Positions 8,755-17,205 are shown, numbered from the stretch's first letter. The stretch: 29,015 nucleotides of DNA from Bdellovibrionales bacterium (GCA_020434645.1 JAGRAK010000001.1:1-29015), one strand, 5' to 3'. Numbers and translations: made by a program. Notes: a model not told the origin generated them from the letters alone.

Positions 8755-10567
8755 CTGATCTCCCCATTAACAGCTGCCAGCTTTGCTGTGTGTTTTTTGC
8801 CCAGGATAGAACTCCCTCATTTAACGAAAAATGATTTTTTTCTCCTAATGAAAAATCCTGGTACCTATTTAAAAAAATAAATTTAAAATCCCGGGTAAGG
8901 TTCAAATAAAATGAAGCCTCTACGCCTAACCCTGCTTGGTAGTTTTCATTTAAGTCCTCATGGTAGTTTAAAGCAAGTACTCCCATAGCATAAAAAGTAA
9001 GTCGGTTCCATTCTACTGCGATACCCTTCGCATACTCATTGGTGAAATAATGTCGATTCGCAAGTCGGCTTGTCTTTGGCCGAGATATTTCTGAATTAAA
9101 CTTTGAGGAGGCTTGTTTATTTTCTTTAGTTACAGGATGTATAGTTAAAACCTTAAAAAGACTTAATGACTCTAGATCAAGACGATCATTTTGAAATCTA
9201 ATGTCTATCTTTAATGCCTCTAAGTCTGTATTTTCAACATAACTTGGACTCGGGTCTATTCGATCATGCAATACGAGTCGCCACTCAATGCCACCAAATT
9301 TTACATTTTCATCTTCGCCGTAATTTAGACCTATACGATGAGGTTTATGCCCAGCTTCAGGGCGCATTCGGGTAACTTGAAACTGCTTTTCTGGCATTAC
9401 TCTGCTTATCGTCGATCGATCCGCTAAAACTTGAGGCCTAAGCTGAACAGCCTCATCAGTTTCTACAAACGTCAGATAATCATTGAATCCGTCTAGAACT
9501 CTAGCCTGGGAGTCTGGCCCCAATGTTTTTGATACATTTGCCCAAGTTGACGGATAAGCACTTATTTTTTCAGTCAGAGCCGAGTATGCATTCCGCTCAT
9601 CTTGCGACATCCAAGCTAAACGTTGCCCACGTTTATTTTCTTTCGAAGGGTAATAATTGGTTTTGAGTACCAACCCGCTACTTTCTACTACAACTCGTAC
9701 AGTTTCGGCAGGGATAGTGAGTCTTGCAAATTGTTCTGATAAGTTTAATGTCGGTCGGCCGACCTCCATTAGTTTTAATAAATAGTACGAACAGTTCCCA
9801 TCGAGAAAATAGTAGCGAATACTCGTTTTTTGCACTTCCCATAAATGATTTAGTATTCGATCAATTTCTTTTTTTGTTAAATTAAGTTCATATTCAAATA
9901 TATCTCGAGTTTCTTGGTACCCATAGCGCAGAAGTTCATCATAGAAATAACTTGTTCCGAACTGACCAGCATACCCGCCAAATATGCCGTTAAATGCTAA
10001 TGACATCATAGACTCATCTGATGCAAAGTTAGCCGCATAACTAATAACTGTATGGAGAGAAGACTCAACCGGCTTTGAAGCATCATTTATTTTTAAGAAA
10101 GTATGAGAGAATAACGACAGACTCGACTCTAAGCTTTGTGCGGGGTAGACTAGTGACAACGAATTGGCATTGAGTTTACTCTTCCACTTATTCAATTCTT
10201 CACATTTATTTAACCCGGCAGCTGAATCTAAACCCTGCGACTCTGCTATCAACTGATATCGTGCCGGGTATTGACATATCCAGCGCTCGGCGTCTGATTC
10301 ACCAAACTGTTTTTCTATTGTGGCGTTCAATTCTGCTAGGGGGTCAACCAGACCTTTTTCACTAATAAAAAAATTGTCAGATAGAACTTTTGACTTTGTA
10401 CTGCCCAAAGAATTGGTTTCGTAATAATTAATTGTGCGCCACTGTCTTGAGTTAGCCAATGTTTTGAGTTCGGCTTCAGATAACGAGCGACCCAATGCAA
10501 TGTTCGCAAAACATAAAAAAAATAAAAAAGGAGCTAACCGCATCATAAAACGATAGGGCAGCTCCAA
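8711..10567 (-). CDS. DUF4105 / Lnb N-terminal-domain protein with C-terminal beta-barrel
   Basis: Signal peptide. Family motifs DPLAELNAT, CQYPARY, LFSHTFLKI, GIFGGYAG, RDIFEYELNL, YYFLDGNCSY. Beta-rich C-terminus ending QTFFYF. Start may be ATG 10546. Confidence 0.85.
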   Translation of the reverse strand: MELPYRFMMRLAPFLFFLCFANIALGRSLSEAELKTLANSRQWRTINYYETNSLGSTKSKVLSDNFFISEKGLVDPLAELNATIEKQFGESDAERWICQYPARYQLIAESQGLDSAAGLNKCEELNKWKSKLNANSLSLVYPAQSLESSLSLFSHTFLKINDASKPVESSLHTVISYAANFASDESMMSLAFNGIFGGYAGQFGTSYFYDELLRYGYQETRDIFEYELNLTKKEIDRILNHLWEVQKTSIRYYFLDGNCSYYLLKLMEVGRPTLNLSEQFARLTIPAETVRVVVESSGLVLKTNYYPSKENKRGQRLAWMSQDERNAYSALTEKISAYPSTWANVSKTLGPDSQARVLDGFNDYLTFVETDEAVQLRPQVLADRSTISRVMPEKQFQVTRMRPEAGHKPHRIGLNYGEDENVKFGGIEWRLVLHDRIDPSPSYVENTDLEALKIDIRFQNDRLDLESLSLFKVLTIHPVTKENKQASSKFNSEISRPKTSRLANRHYFTNEYAKGIAVEWNRLTFYAMGVLALNYHEDLNENYQAGLGVEASFYLNLTRDFKFIFLNRYQDFSLGEKNHFSLNEGVLSWAKNTQQSWQLLMGRSDDNTYGKIQTFFYF

Positions 10568-10589
10568 TTTACTTACAACAATAAGTTAA

Positions 10590-11051
10590 TTATATAACCG
10601 GTTGGCAAGAGTTTTTAAGTTCAGAACTTTGACCCATTACTTCAATCGTATTATTTAAAACAGATTGCGGGTCACGGTCGCCTGAATATATTTTAGTGAA
10701 CTTACCTTGTACTGTTTTTGAAAACTGGCTGTGATTTGGGCAACCCAAAATCATGGCATAATCATTCACAAACTGACCTTCGCCACGGCTCATGTCCTCC
10801 ATTAGATTGTCATAATTAGTATCCACGTAGTGACGAATTTCATCTTTTTTATTCTGAATGATGAACATCACATGATCACAACTGTCAGAAGTGCTACTAG
10901 ACGAAGACGTATACCATAATACGGCGTGACAATTTAAAGTCCCAGATTTCCATTTTCTAAACAATCCTTTCGATTGATTTTTTGCCTCAGCTAGTGATGC
11001 CATACCTATCAACATTGAAAGTGCTATTACTAAAGTCTTAATCCCTTGCAT
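10590..11051 (-). CDS. DUF3015-family secreted protein
   Basis: Start ATG 11051 after AAGGGAG. Signal peptide. SGTLNC, TSSSSSTSDSC and YVDTNYDNLMEDMSRGEGQFVNDYAMILGC match the DUF3015 pattern as I recall it. Confidence 0.7.
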   Translation of the reverse strand: MQGIKTLVIALSMLIGMASLAEAKNQSKGLFRKWKSGTLNCHAVLWYTSSSSSTSDSCDHVMFIIQNKKDEIRHYVDTNYDNLMEDMSRGEGQFVNDYAMILGCPNHSQFSKTVQGKFTKIYSGDRDPQSVLNNTIEVMGQSSELKNSCQPVI

Positions 11052-11117
11052 TTTGATCTCCCTTTTATTGCTTTTGAACTTTAATCGGCCATTATTAATC
11101 AAACTTGAGATTTATAT

Positions 11118-11954
11118 TTGAAAACATTTTTGGCAAAAATTTTTATTCTGACTTTCGTCCCGCTCGCTTTACTTATAAGCGGGTGTAACTCATTTTTTTA
11201 CTACCCCGACTCTCACCTCTACTATCCACCTGACGAGCATGGGTTGAGGTCTCCAAAAGAAATTGAGCTGTCGTCTAGCGACAATGTTACTTTGGCTGCC
11301 TGGCTCTTTAAATCCAATTCAAAAACTAAAGGAACCATTATTCAATTTCACGGCAACGCTCAAAACATGAGCAGCCACTATTCGCACCTTTACTGGGTTA
11401 CGGAGAAGGGATTTAATTTATTTACTTTTGACTATAGCGGATATGGCGTCAGTGAATCTAAACCCACTCCGCTTCGCACAGTACAAGACGGTGAAGTTGC
11501 ACTTAAGAAAGCCTATTCTGAGCACTTGGCTGCCGGCGGCGGTAAATTTATTGTCTACGCTGAAAGCTTAGGCGGTATAATTGCACTTCGCTCTTTAGAA
11601 AATGTAAATATACCCCTTGATCTTCTTGTCCTTGACTCTACTTTTTCGTCATACAAGCGAGTCGCTTATACTGTTACAAAATCAAACTGGCTCACCTGGA
11701 TGTTTAGCCCACTTGTTCGGGTTTTCACTTCTGATAAACTCGCGCCAACTCTATTTACAAAAAAAAGTTTTGCTCCAACAATTGTTATTCATAGTCAGTA
11801 CGATTCTGTTGTGCCTTACTCACAAGGGCTTCATCTTTATCAAGAACTGACCGAGCCCAAAGAATTATGGACACTTGAAAATAAAGGCCATGTCGGCACT
11901 TTTCAAAGTAATGAAAATAGAATTAAATTTATAGACCGAGTTGAGAAACTTTAA
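11118..11954 (+). CDS. Alpha/beta hydrolase lipoprotein (YfhR/BEM46/ABHD13-17-like)
   Basis: Lipobox LLISGC. Motifs FFYYPD, QFHGNAQN, FDYSGYGVS, AESLGG (Ser), HSQYDSVVP (Asp), GHV (His). Confidence 0.88.
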   Translation: MKTFLAKIFILTFVPLALLISGCNSFFYYPDSHLYYPPDEHGLRSPKEIELSSSDNVTLAAWLFKSNSKTKGTIIQFHGNAQNMSSHYSHLYWVTEKGFNLFTFDYSGYGVSESKPTPLRTVQDGEVALKKAYSEHLAAGGGKFIVYAESLGGIIALRSLENVNIPLDLLVLDSTFSSYKRVAYTVTKSNWLTWMFSPLVRVFTSDKLAPTLFTKKSFAPTIVIHSQYDSVVPYSQGLHLYQELTEPKELWTLENKGHVGTFQSNENRIKFIDRVEKL

Positions 11955-11961
11955 GGAGTTT

Positions 11962-12540
11962 ATGGTGAATGCGCTCATACTAGTGTTAATTTATAGTCTT
12001 TCGGCCTATGCACAATTTAACATTAAAGGGCTAGAGAATTTGGACAATCCTTTTAAAAAGGGCAATCCAATGTGCAATATTGATCTTGCTTATAAAGAAG
12101 GTCGCAATGAGGCCGCTGATTCGCATCGTTACACACCTGCCCCCAGTCGAATGTTAGCCGTTGGGCATGGCTGTAAACCAGAAGTTGTAGAAAAAATGAA
12201 GGCCGCCTTCGTCAAGGGAGCAAAAGATGCCGAGACGATGGGTAAAGTAGATGAATCTGTACAAATAACATTAGATGACGACACCAAGAAAAGCGTTGAA
12301 AAGTATTTGCCCACAGCAGGGGCTAAAACTGTTCTTACACCCAAGAAGAAACCGGCACATGGATGCCTAAAAGGCAGCAACGGAATTCTTTGCGGATGGA
12401 ACTGTGCAAAAGCATCTGACAGCCAAACCGTATTTTGCTCTAAAATACGCGATCATTTTTGTTTTGCTGATAAGATGAGTGGTGCTTGCGGAAAAAACTG
12501 CACCTCATCTAAGCTCGATGGGATTCGCTGTAGCAATTGA
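11962..12540 (+). CDS. Secreted cysteine-repeat hypothetical protein
   Basis: AAGGAG RBS overlapping the previous stop, ATG 11962, signal peptide. 10 Cys, 8 of them in the last 58 aa. Confidence 0.72.
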   Translation: MVNALILVLIYSLSAYAQFNIKGLENLDNPFKKGNPMCNIDLAYKEGRNEAADSHRYTPAPSRMLAVGHGCKPEVVEKMKAAFVKGAKDAETMGKVDESVQITLDDDTKKSVEKYLPTAGAKTVLTPKKKPAHGCLKGSNGILCGWNCAKASDSQTVFCSKIRDHFCFADKMSGACGKNCTSSKLDGIRCSN

Positions 12541-12577
12541 TAAGACTAGCGTTAGTTGGTTGCGTAGAAATCCGGTA

Positions 12578-12597
12578 ATTCTGTTCACCGGAGGAAA
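12578..12597. repeat. Direct repeat, copy 1 of 2 flanking the barrel gene
   Basis: ATTCTGTTCACCGGAGGAAA, 19/20 identical to 13378-13397. Confidence 0.85.
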
Positions 12598-12723
12598 CGT
12601 GGATGCGCGTGAAAACCGTGTATGCAATTTTAATTAATTCCGACTAGATGTTCAAAACCATTGATCTACAAACTTAGCCCTGCTAAAGGCTTCAGCTAAT
12701 CATTCGATAGCTCAGGAGGCTTT

Positions 12724-13371
12724 ATGCAAGTTCTTATTGCACTTTTAACGATTATTTCGTTTCGTTTGGCATTTGCCCAAACAAATCTTCAACCCGAAAA
12801 AGAACAGACATTACTCGCAGAAGCTAGAACTCCAAAAACTCAAAATCGTTCTGATGGATTACGACAACGCGACTTCCATATAGATGCGGGCAATGTAATT
12901 AACCTTATTCTTGGAGAGAACCTCAAATCAGACTCCGGAACAAATCGAGATAGAAATCGTCAAACTATTAATTTGGACGCTGGATGGAACTGGGGTAGTT
13001 TTGAAGCCGGGCCATTAATTTATTATGACAAATATGATGCAGATTCATATAAAGAAGAATCTCTTTCTCTAGGTGGACAAGTTGCTTACAACTTTATCCC
13101 AAACCAACCAGGGAATGATTTGGTTCCATATACCTATTTAAAACTTTATCACTTCGACTACGATTATGATCACAGTACCAATTTTTCATCTAGTTATACT
13201 GAAAAAGGTTTGGTTTATGAGATCGGCGGCGGTGTTAAATATTTTCCGTTTGGCGAATACTTAGCTCTAGTCGCCAGTGCTTATTACAAAGTTAACGATG
13301 CCGAACAAGATAGCGTAGACTACACCGTTAACGGGTTGAGAGCGCGCGGATCATTTTTAATTTATTTTTGA
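12724..13371 (+). CDS. Outer-membrane beta-barrel protein
   Basis: AGGAGG RBS, signal peptide, strands INLDAGWNWG, LGGQVAYNF, YEIGGGVKYF, C-terminal SFLIYF. Confidence 0.78.
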   Translation: MQVLIALLTIISFRLAFAQTNLQPEKEQTLLAEARTPKTQNRSDGLRQRDFHIDAGNVINLILGENLKSDSGTNRDRNRQTINLDAGWNWGSFEAGPLIYYDKYDADSYKEESLSLGGQVAYNFIPNQPGNDLVPYTYLKLYHFDYDYDHSTNFSSSYTEKGLVYEIGGGVKYFPFGEYLALVASAYYKVNDAEQDSVDYTVNGLRARGSFLIYF

Positions 13372-13377
13372 TAAAAG

Positions 13378-13397
13378 ATTCTGTTCATCGGAGGAAA
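13378..13397. repeat. Direct repeat, copy 2 of 2 flanking the barrel gene
   Basis: ATTCTGTTCATCGGAGGAAA, 800 bp from copy 1. Similarity continues as TGGTTGC versus CGTGGATGC. Confidence 0.85.
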
Positions 13398-13435
13398 TGG
13401 TTGCATCCAAATGTGCGACCTGACACATAGGTACC

Positions 13436-13455
13436 AAAATTGGCTCAGGCGGAGG
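13436..13455 (-). repeat. Duplicate of the tRNA-Asn 3' end (att-like repeat)
   Basis: AAAATTGGCTCAGGCGGAGG is identical (20/20) to 13647-13666, which covers the last 15 nt of the tRNA including CCA plus 5 nt of 3' flank. Confidence 0.92.
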
Positions 13456-13651
13456 TTGTGCAAGCGCAGTCAAATTGCCAGGGGCAATTTGATGTGATGC
13501 GCCCGCGAGCTTGCGAGAGGAGACTTGCGACGAACGCAAGCGCAGCGAATAGGACGAGAGGGCTAAACGCCCGATTCGTCCGCGTCCCGACAACGAGAGC
13601 CACGCAAAAAACGAAAATCATGCGCAAAAATAAAATGTGAAAAAAGAAAAT

Positions 13652-13727
13652 TGGCTCAGGCGGAGGGACTCGAACCCCCGGCCAACCGGTTAACAGCCGG
13701 TTGCTCTACCAACTGAGCTACGCCTGA
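13652..13727 (-). tRNA. tRNA-Asn (GTT)
   Basis: TCAGGCG acceptor stem, D-arm GCTC/GAGC, anticodon arm ACCGG-CTGTTAA-CCGGT, T-loop TTCGAGT, encoded CCA; 76 nt. Confidence 0.97.
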
Positions 13728-13747
13728 ACAGTGGTGTGTAAGGAACG

Positions 13748-13776
13748 AAGCTAAAAAAAGCAGCAGACAAAGTCAA
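13748..13776 (-). promoter_or_regulatory. Putative sigma70 promoter of tRNA-Asn
   Basis: TTGACT (13776-13771), 17 bp spacer, TAGCTT (13753-13748), about 20 nt upstream of the mature tRNA. Confidence 0.6.
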
Positions 13777-13795
13777 TCACGAATCATCTCAAGGG

Positions 13796-14308
13796 TTATT
13801 TGCGACGCCCCTCAGGCAATTCAGAAAGTTCTTCAAGAGCGGCATCAAAGGCAGGCGCGGTAAAGACTTGGCCCTTCCAACTATAGTTGCCAGCGGCATT
13901 TCGGCGGATAATCCCTACATGGCCATCAACGAATTTTACCAAAAGTGCCGGCATAAAAGTGGTATCTTCGGCCGCTGCGAGCTTTTCAGCAGACACCGCA
14001 CAAGACTTGGCAAGCCACTTCTCAACGGCAACAAAATCAACAACTTGGGGCTCTTTACCATCCCGAACCCAATTACTGCCCTGTTGTGATATTTTAAATT
14101 CATCAGGGCGAATAATGGCGGCAACCTTCGTGTCACACCAGTTCCATCGAAATTGATTAGAGCCGGCCGCCTCATCCTCAGACTCTATCCCAAACAAGGC
14201 CTGCACCCCTGGGCTAATACCCTTGGTATTAAGTGAGTAGATGAAATAGAGGCTTAGGCCTAATCCCAATATTAAAAAATTTAATTTTACGAGCATTGAT
14301 GTTTTCAT
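13796..14308 (-). CDS. Hypothetical protein with N-terminal membrane anchor
   Basis: 170 aa ORF with a hydrophobic N-terminus, 3 bp downstream of the upstream gene. No family recognised. Confidence 0.68.
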   Translation of the reverse strand: MKTSMLVKLNFLILGLGLSLYFIYSLNTKGISPGVQALFGIESEDEAAGSNQFRWNWCDTKVAAIIRPDEFKISQQGSNWVRDGKEPQVVDFVAVEKWLAKSCAVSAEKLAAAEDTTFMPALLVKFVDGHVGIIRRNAAGNYSWKGQVFTAPAFDAALEELSELPEGRRK

Positions 14309-14311
14309 AGT

Positions 14312-14845
14312 CTATTCCGGTAAAAATTCTATTACACAATTTTTGGCCTGTGGAGACATGATCACCACAGGACTACATTCAGCATAAACGCGAGAAATTT
14401 TTTCTTCACCACTAATCCCAACAATACCGATCGTTTCGTTAGAATAAAATGGATTCATCTCTAAATTTTTATACATTTGTGTGGCTGCGGCCGAGTCATT
14501 TATTGTGGCTCTAATGACTCCATTGGCCTTTTTTTCTACACGAGCTTCTAAGCTTGAGTTCTCAGGCCGAAATTCAAAGTAACAATAGGCTGTATAAAAT
14601 TCGCCATCTACCGTAATGGTTTGGCAGGCAATTGTAACAGCCTGATTTTGTGACTGATACCAGCGTTTTGAGTAAAAAACAGACCCATACTCAGGATCTA
14701 CAACTTTTTTCGGGCCTGAGAAGCCATTTAAAATTTCATCAAAAAGAACTGAGTCGCCCTTATTTAGTTTCAACGTGTAAGTTTCTTGCGCAACTGCAGG
14801 GCTCGACAAAAGGGCTGCAAATAAACAAATAAGTGTAAACTTCAT
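14312..14845 (-). CDS. Hypothetical secreted protein
   Basis: Signal peptide ending AVA-Q; four Cys; no family recognised. Confidence 0.68.
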   Translation of the reverse strand: MKFTLICLFAALLSSPAVAQETYTLKLNKGDSVLFDEILNGFSGPKKVVDPEYGSVFYSKRWYQSQNQAVTIACQTITVDGEFYTAYCYFEFRPENSSLEARVEKKANGVIRATINDSAAATQMYKNLEMNPFYSNETIGIVGISGEEKISRVYAECSPVVIMSPQAKNCVIEFLPE

Positions 14846-14966
14846 TTTCGCAGCATAGCTTGCCTGGCTTGGTTTTTCTAGTCTTCACGTCCCTTAGCCC
14901 AATTTTTTTATTTTATCTCACAATAGTACAGCTGAGCTCCGAAAGAACTCTGACGGAGGACATCAA

Positions 14967-16181
14967 ATGAAATATATCTTAGCTTTTTCAACCCTACTTT
15001 TTGCCCAGATCGGACACGCCACCAACGTATATAAATTTACTGCCAGTTACCCCGAAAATACACAGGTCGCAGCTTCGACACGTGAGCTTGCGCTCTCAGG
15101 CGCTAAAATAATCGATAGTATCCCGCAACTCGGTATTTACGTAACAGAAACTGCCGTTACATTAAACTCTCGAAATTTCTTAGATTTGGGTGAAGTGAAA
15201 ACAATTTCGCTGATCACTCCCAATGAAGATTCTCGCGCAAAACAACCATGGGGTCTCACTGCAATTCATGCAAATGAAGCTTGGACAATCTCGACAGGAG
15301 CCGGAGTCGTTGTGGCTGTCTCTGATACAGGTGTAGATTCTAATCATCCTGATTTAGAAAAGAGCATGTGGCGCAATCCTGGTGAAATGGGCACTGATGC
15401 AAACGGCAATGATAAGACCTCAAATGGAATTGACGATGATAATAATGGATATGTTGACGATGTTTTCGGTTGGAATTTCGTTAAAAATAAACCCTCTGGC
15501 AAAGACAACCACTATCATGGCACTCACGTGTCGGGCACAATAGCCGCTCAACCAACAAAAAAGCTTTCTGGCGTCGCTCCCGATGCCAAAATTATGGATG
15601 TCTCATTTCTTGGAGGAAGTGGTTCTGGATCAGAGATCAATGGCGCGAAGACCATTATATATGCTGCAGACAATGGCGCGAAAATTATTAATTGCAGCTG
15701 GGGCGACGCTGGCAAAAATCAAATTATTCAAGATGCCATCTTATACGCTCAACAAAAAGGCGTACTCGTAGTTGTAGCTGCCGGCAATTCTAAATTAAAT
15801 ACCGATCGTAAGCCTTTTTTCCCGTCCTCGATAGATTTAGACAATATTGTGTCTGTCGGCGCGACCTCCGGGATCAAACATACAAAAGCCAGTTTTTCTA
15901 ATTACGGAGCGACAACTGTTGATGTCGCAGCCCCAGGCTACAAGATCTATAGTACGGCACCCACATCCAACAAAACACCTCGCTATAAAACTTTGAGCGG
16001 CACATCAATGGCCTCGCCACATGTTGCTGGGGTTGCCGCCCTACTTTGGAGTGCAAATCCTGGATTCAATTGGCAACAAGTTAAAAATCGACTCCTCGAA
16101 ACTACTCAGCCCTCGAAATATTGGAAGAAGAAAAATCTCACAGAGGGCGCAATCGACGCTTACGCCGCTGTGAAGAAATAG
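14967..16181 (+). CDS. Subtilisin-like serine peptidase (family S8)
   Basis: GGAGG RBS, signal peptide and prodomain. Triad motifs SDTGVD, HYHGTHVSG, GTSMASPHVAG; oxyanion AAGN; insert GIDDDNNGYVDDVFGWNF. Confidence 0.96.
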   Translation: MKYILAFSTLLFAQIGHATNVYKFTASYPENTQVAASTRELALSGAKIIDSIPQLGIYVTETAVTLNSRNFLDLGEVKTISLITPNEDSRAKQPWGLTAIHANEAWTISTGAGVVVAVSDTGVDSNHPDLEKSMWRNPGEMGTDANGNDKTSNGIDDDNNGYVDDVFGWNFVKNKPSGKDNHYHGTHVSGTIAAQPTKKLSGVAPDAKIMDVSFLGGSGSGSEINGAKTIIYAADNGAKIINCSWGDAGKNQIIQDAILYAQQKGVLVVVAAGNSKLNTDRKPFFPSSIDLDNIVSVGATSGIKHTKASFSNYGATTVDVAAPGYKIYSTAPTSNKTPRYKTLSGTSMASPHVAGVAALLWSANPGFNWQQVKNRLLETTQPSKYWKKKNLTEGAIDAYAAVKK

Positions 16182-16191
16182 ATATGAAAAT

Positions 16192-16268
16192 TGGTGCGGT
16201 CGGCAGGAGTCGAACCTGCGACCACCACATTCGTAGTGTGGTACTCTATCCAGCTGAGCTACGACCGC
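16192..16268 (-). tRNA. tRNA-Arg (ACG)
   Basis: GCGGTCG/CGACCGC acceptor stem, anticodon arm CCACA-CTACGAA-TGTGG, T-loop TTCGACT, encoded CCA; 77 nt. Confidence 0.97.
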
Positions 16269-16376
16269 ACATAAGATATTAAGAACAGTCCTTTTAAGCG
16301 ATAAACTGCATTATCCGCAAGCTTTTACTCGTGAAACCCATGACTTCGCCGGCGCAATTGGGTATTTCTTACCCTT

Positions 16377-16967
16377 ATGGAAAATAAAACGATTTGGCTC
16401 AACGCCTTTAAAGACGCTCGCGAAACTCTAAATAAATTTGCTGATGACTCTGAGCAAATCGCCAAATGTGAGAAGTTCACAGAAATGCTGATCTCTACCA
16501 TTCAAGCTGGAGGAAACCTCTTTAGTTGCGGCAATGGCGGCTCCCATTGTGACGCGATGCATTTCGCCGAGGAATTCACTGGCCGATATCGAAAAGACCG
16601 CAAGCCTATAGGGGCTTTGGCTTTAGGTAATGCCCCTCACGTCACATGTGTTTCAAACGACTACGGGTTTGAGCATATTTTTAGCCGAGAGCTCATAGGC
16701 CTTGGCCGAAAGGGCGACTTGCTTATTGGCCTTTCCACTTCTGGCAACTCAAAGAATGTAGTGAATGCCTTTACTGCCGCCAAAGAGATCGGCATCAAAA
16801 CCGTCGCTCTTCTTGGTCGTGATGGTGGGCAGCTAAAAAATCAAGCTGATTTGGCTATTGTAATTCCGGCTGAAACTTCAGATCGTATACAAGAAATGCA
16901 TATCAAGCTCATTCATACGGTAATTGAAAGCGTGGAGCGCAAATTGTTCCCTGAAAACTATAAATAG
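16377..16967 (+). CDS. gmhA: D-sedoheptulose 7-phosphate isomerase
   Basis: SIS-fold motifs CGNGGSHCDAMHFAEEFTGRY, SNDYGFE, GLSTSGNSKNV, DRIQEMHIKLIH. Confidence 0.96.
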   Translation: MENKTIWLNAFKDARETLNKFADDSEQIAKCEKFTEMLISTIQAGGNLFSCGNGGSHCDAMHFAEEFTGRYRKDRKPIGALALGNAPHVTCVSNDYGFEHIFSRELIGLGRKGDLLIGLSTSGNSKNVVNAFTAAKEIGIKTVALLGRDGGQLKNQADLAIVIPAETSDRIQEMHIKLIHTVIESVERKLFPENYK

Positions 16968-17068
16968 CGGAGTGTCGAACGACGCCACGGCTAACTTTAG
17001 TTGACGGGTTTATCGATAACTTAGTATTCGTATTGGCTGTTCCGAAATTCAAATAAAGACCGTCTCGC

Positions 17069-17160
17069 GGAGAGATGGGTGAGTGGCTTAAACCAGTTGT
17101 TTGCTAAATAACCGTACGGGTAATACCGTACCTCGGGTTCGAATCCCGATCTCTCCGCCA
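17069..17160 (+). tRNA. tRNA-Ser (GCT)
   Basis: GGAGAGA/TCTCTCC acceptor stem, anticodon loop TTGCTAA, long variable arm GTACGG-GTAATA-CCGTAC, T-loop TTCGAAT, CCA; 92 nt. Confidence 0.96.
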
Positions 17161-17205
17161 AATTTTTATTTTTAAAGTGCGCTTTAACTAAACCGGGGAT
17201 TCATA

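Noticed and set aside
12684-12710. Sigma28-like TAAA-N15-TTCGATAG upstream of the barrel gene
   Set aside because: The implied TSS (about 12717) would fall inside the AGGAGG RBS, and the -10 match is partial.
13357-13640. Three short ORFs (60-78 aa) across the tRNA-linked spacer, one Arg-rich and one hydrophobic
   Set aside because: Best explained as open frames in GC-rich structured DNA; no RBS. Not formally excluded without ribosome profiling.
12541-13666. CRISPR or integron array
   Set aside because: There are two different repeat pairs with only two copies each, irregular spacing, no cas or intI gene and no attC-type ends.
17001-17027. Sigma70 promoter TTGACG...TAGTAT for tRNA-Ser
   Set aside because: The spacer is only 15 bp, so I did not call it.
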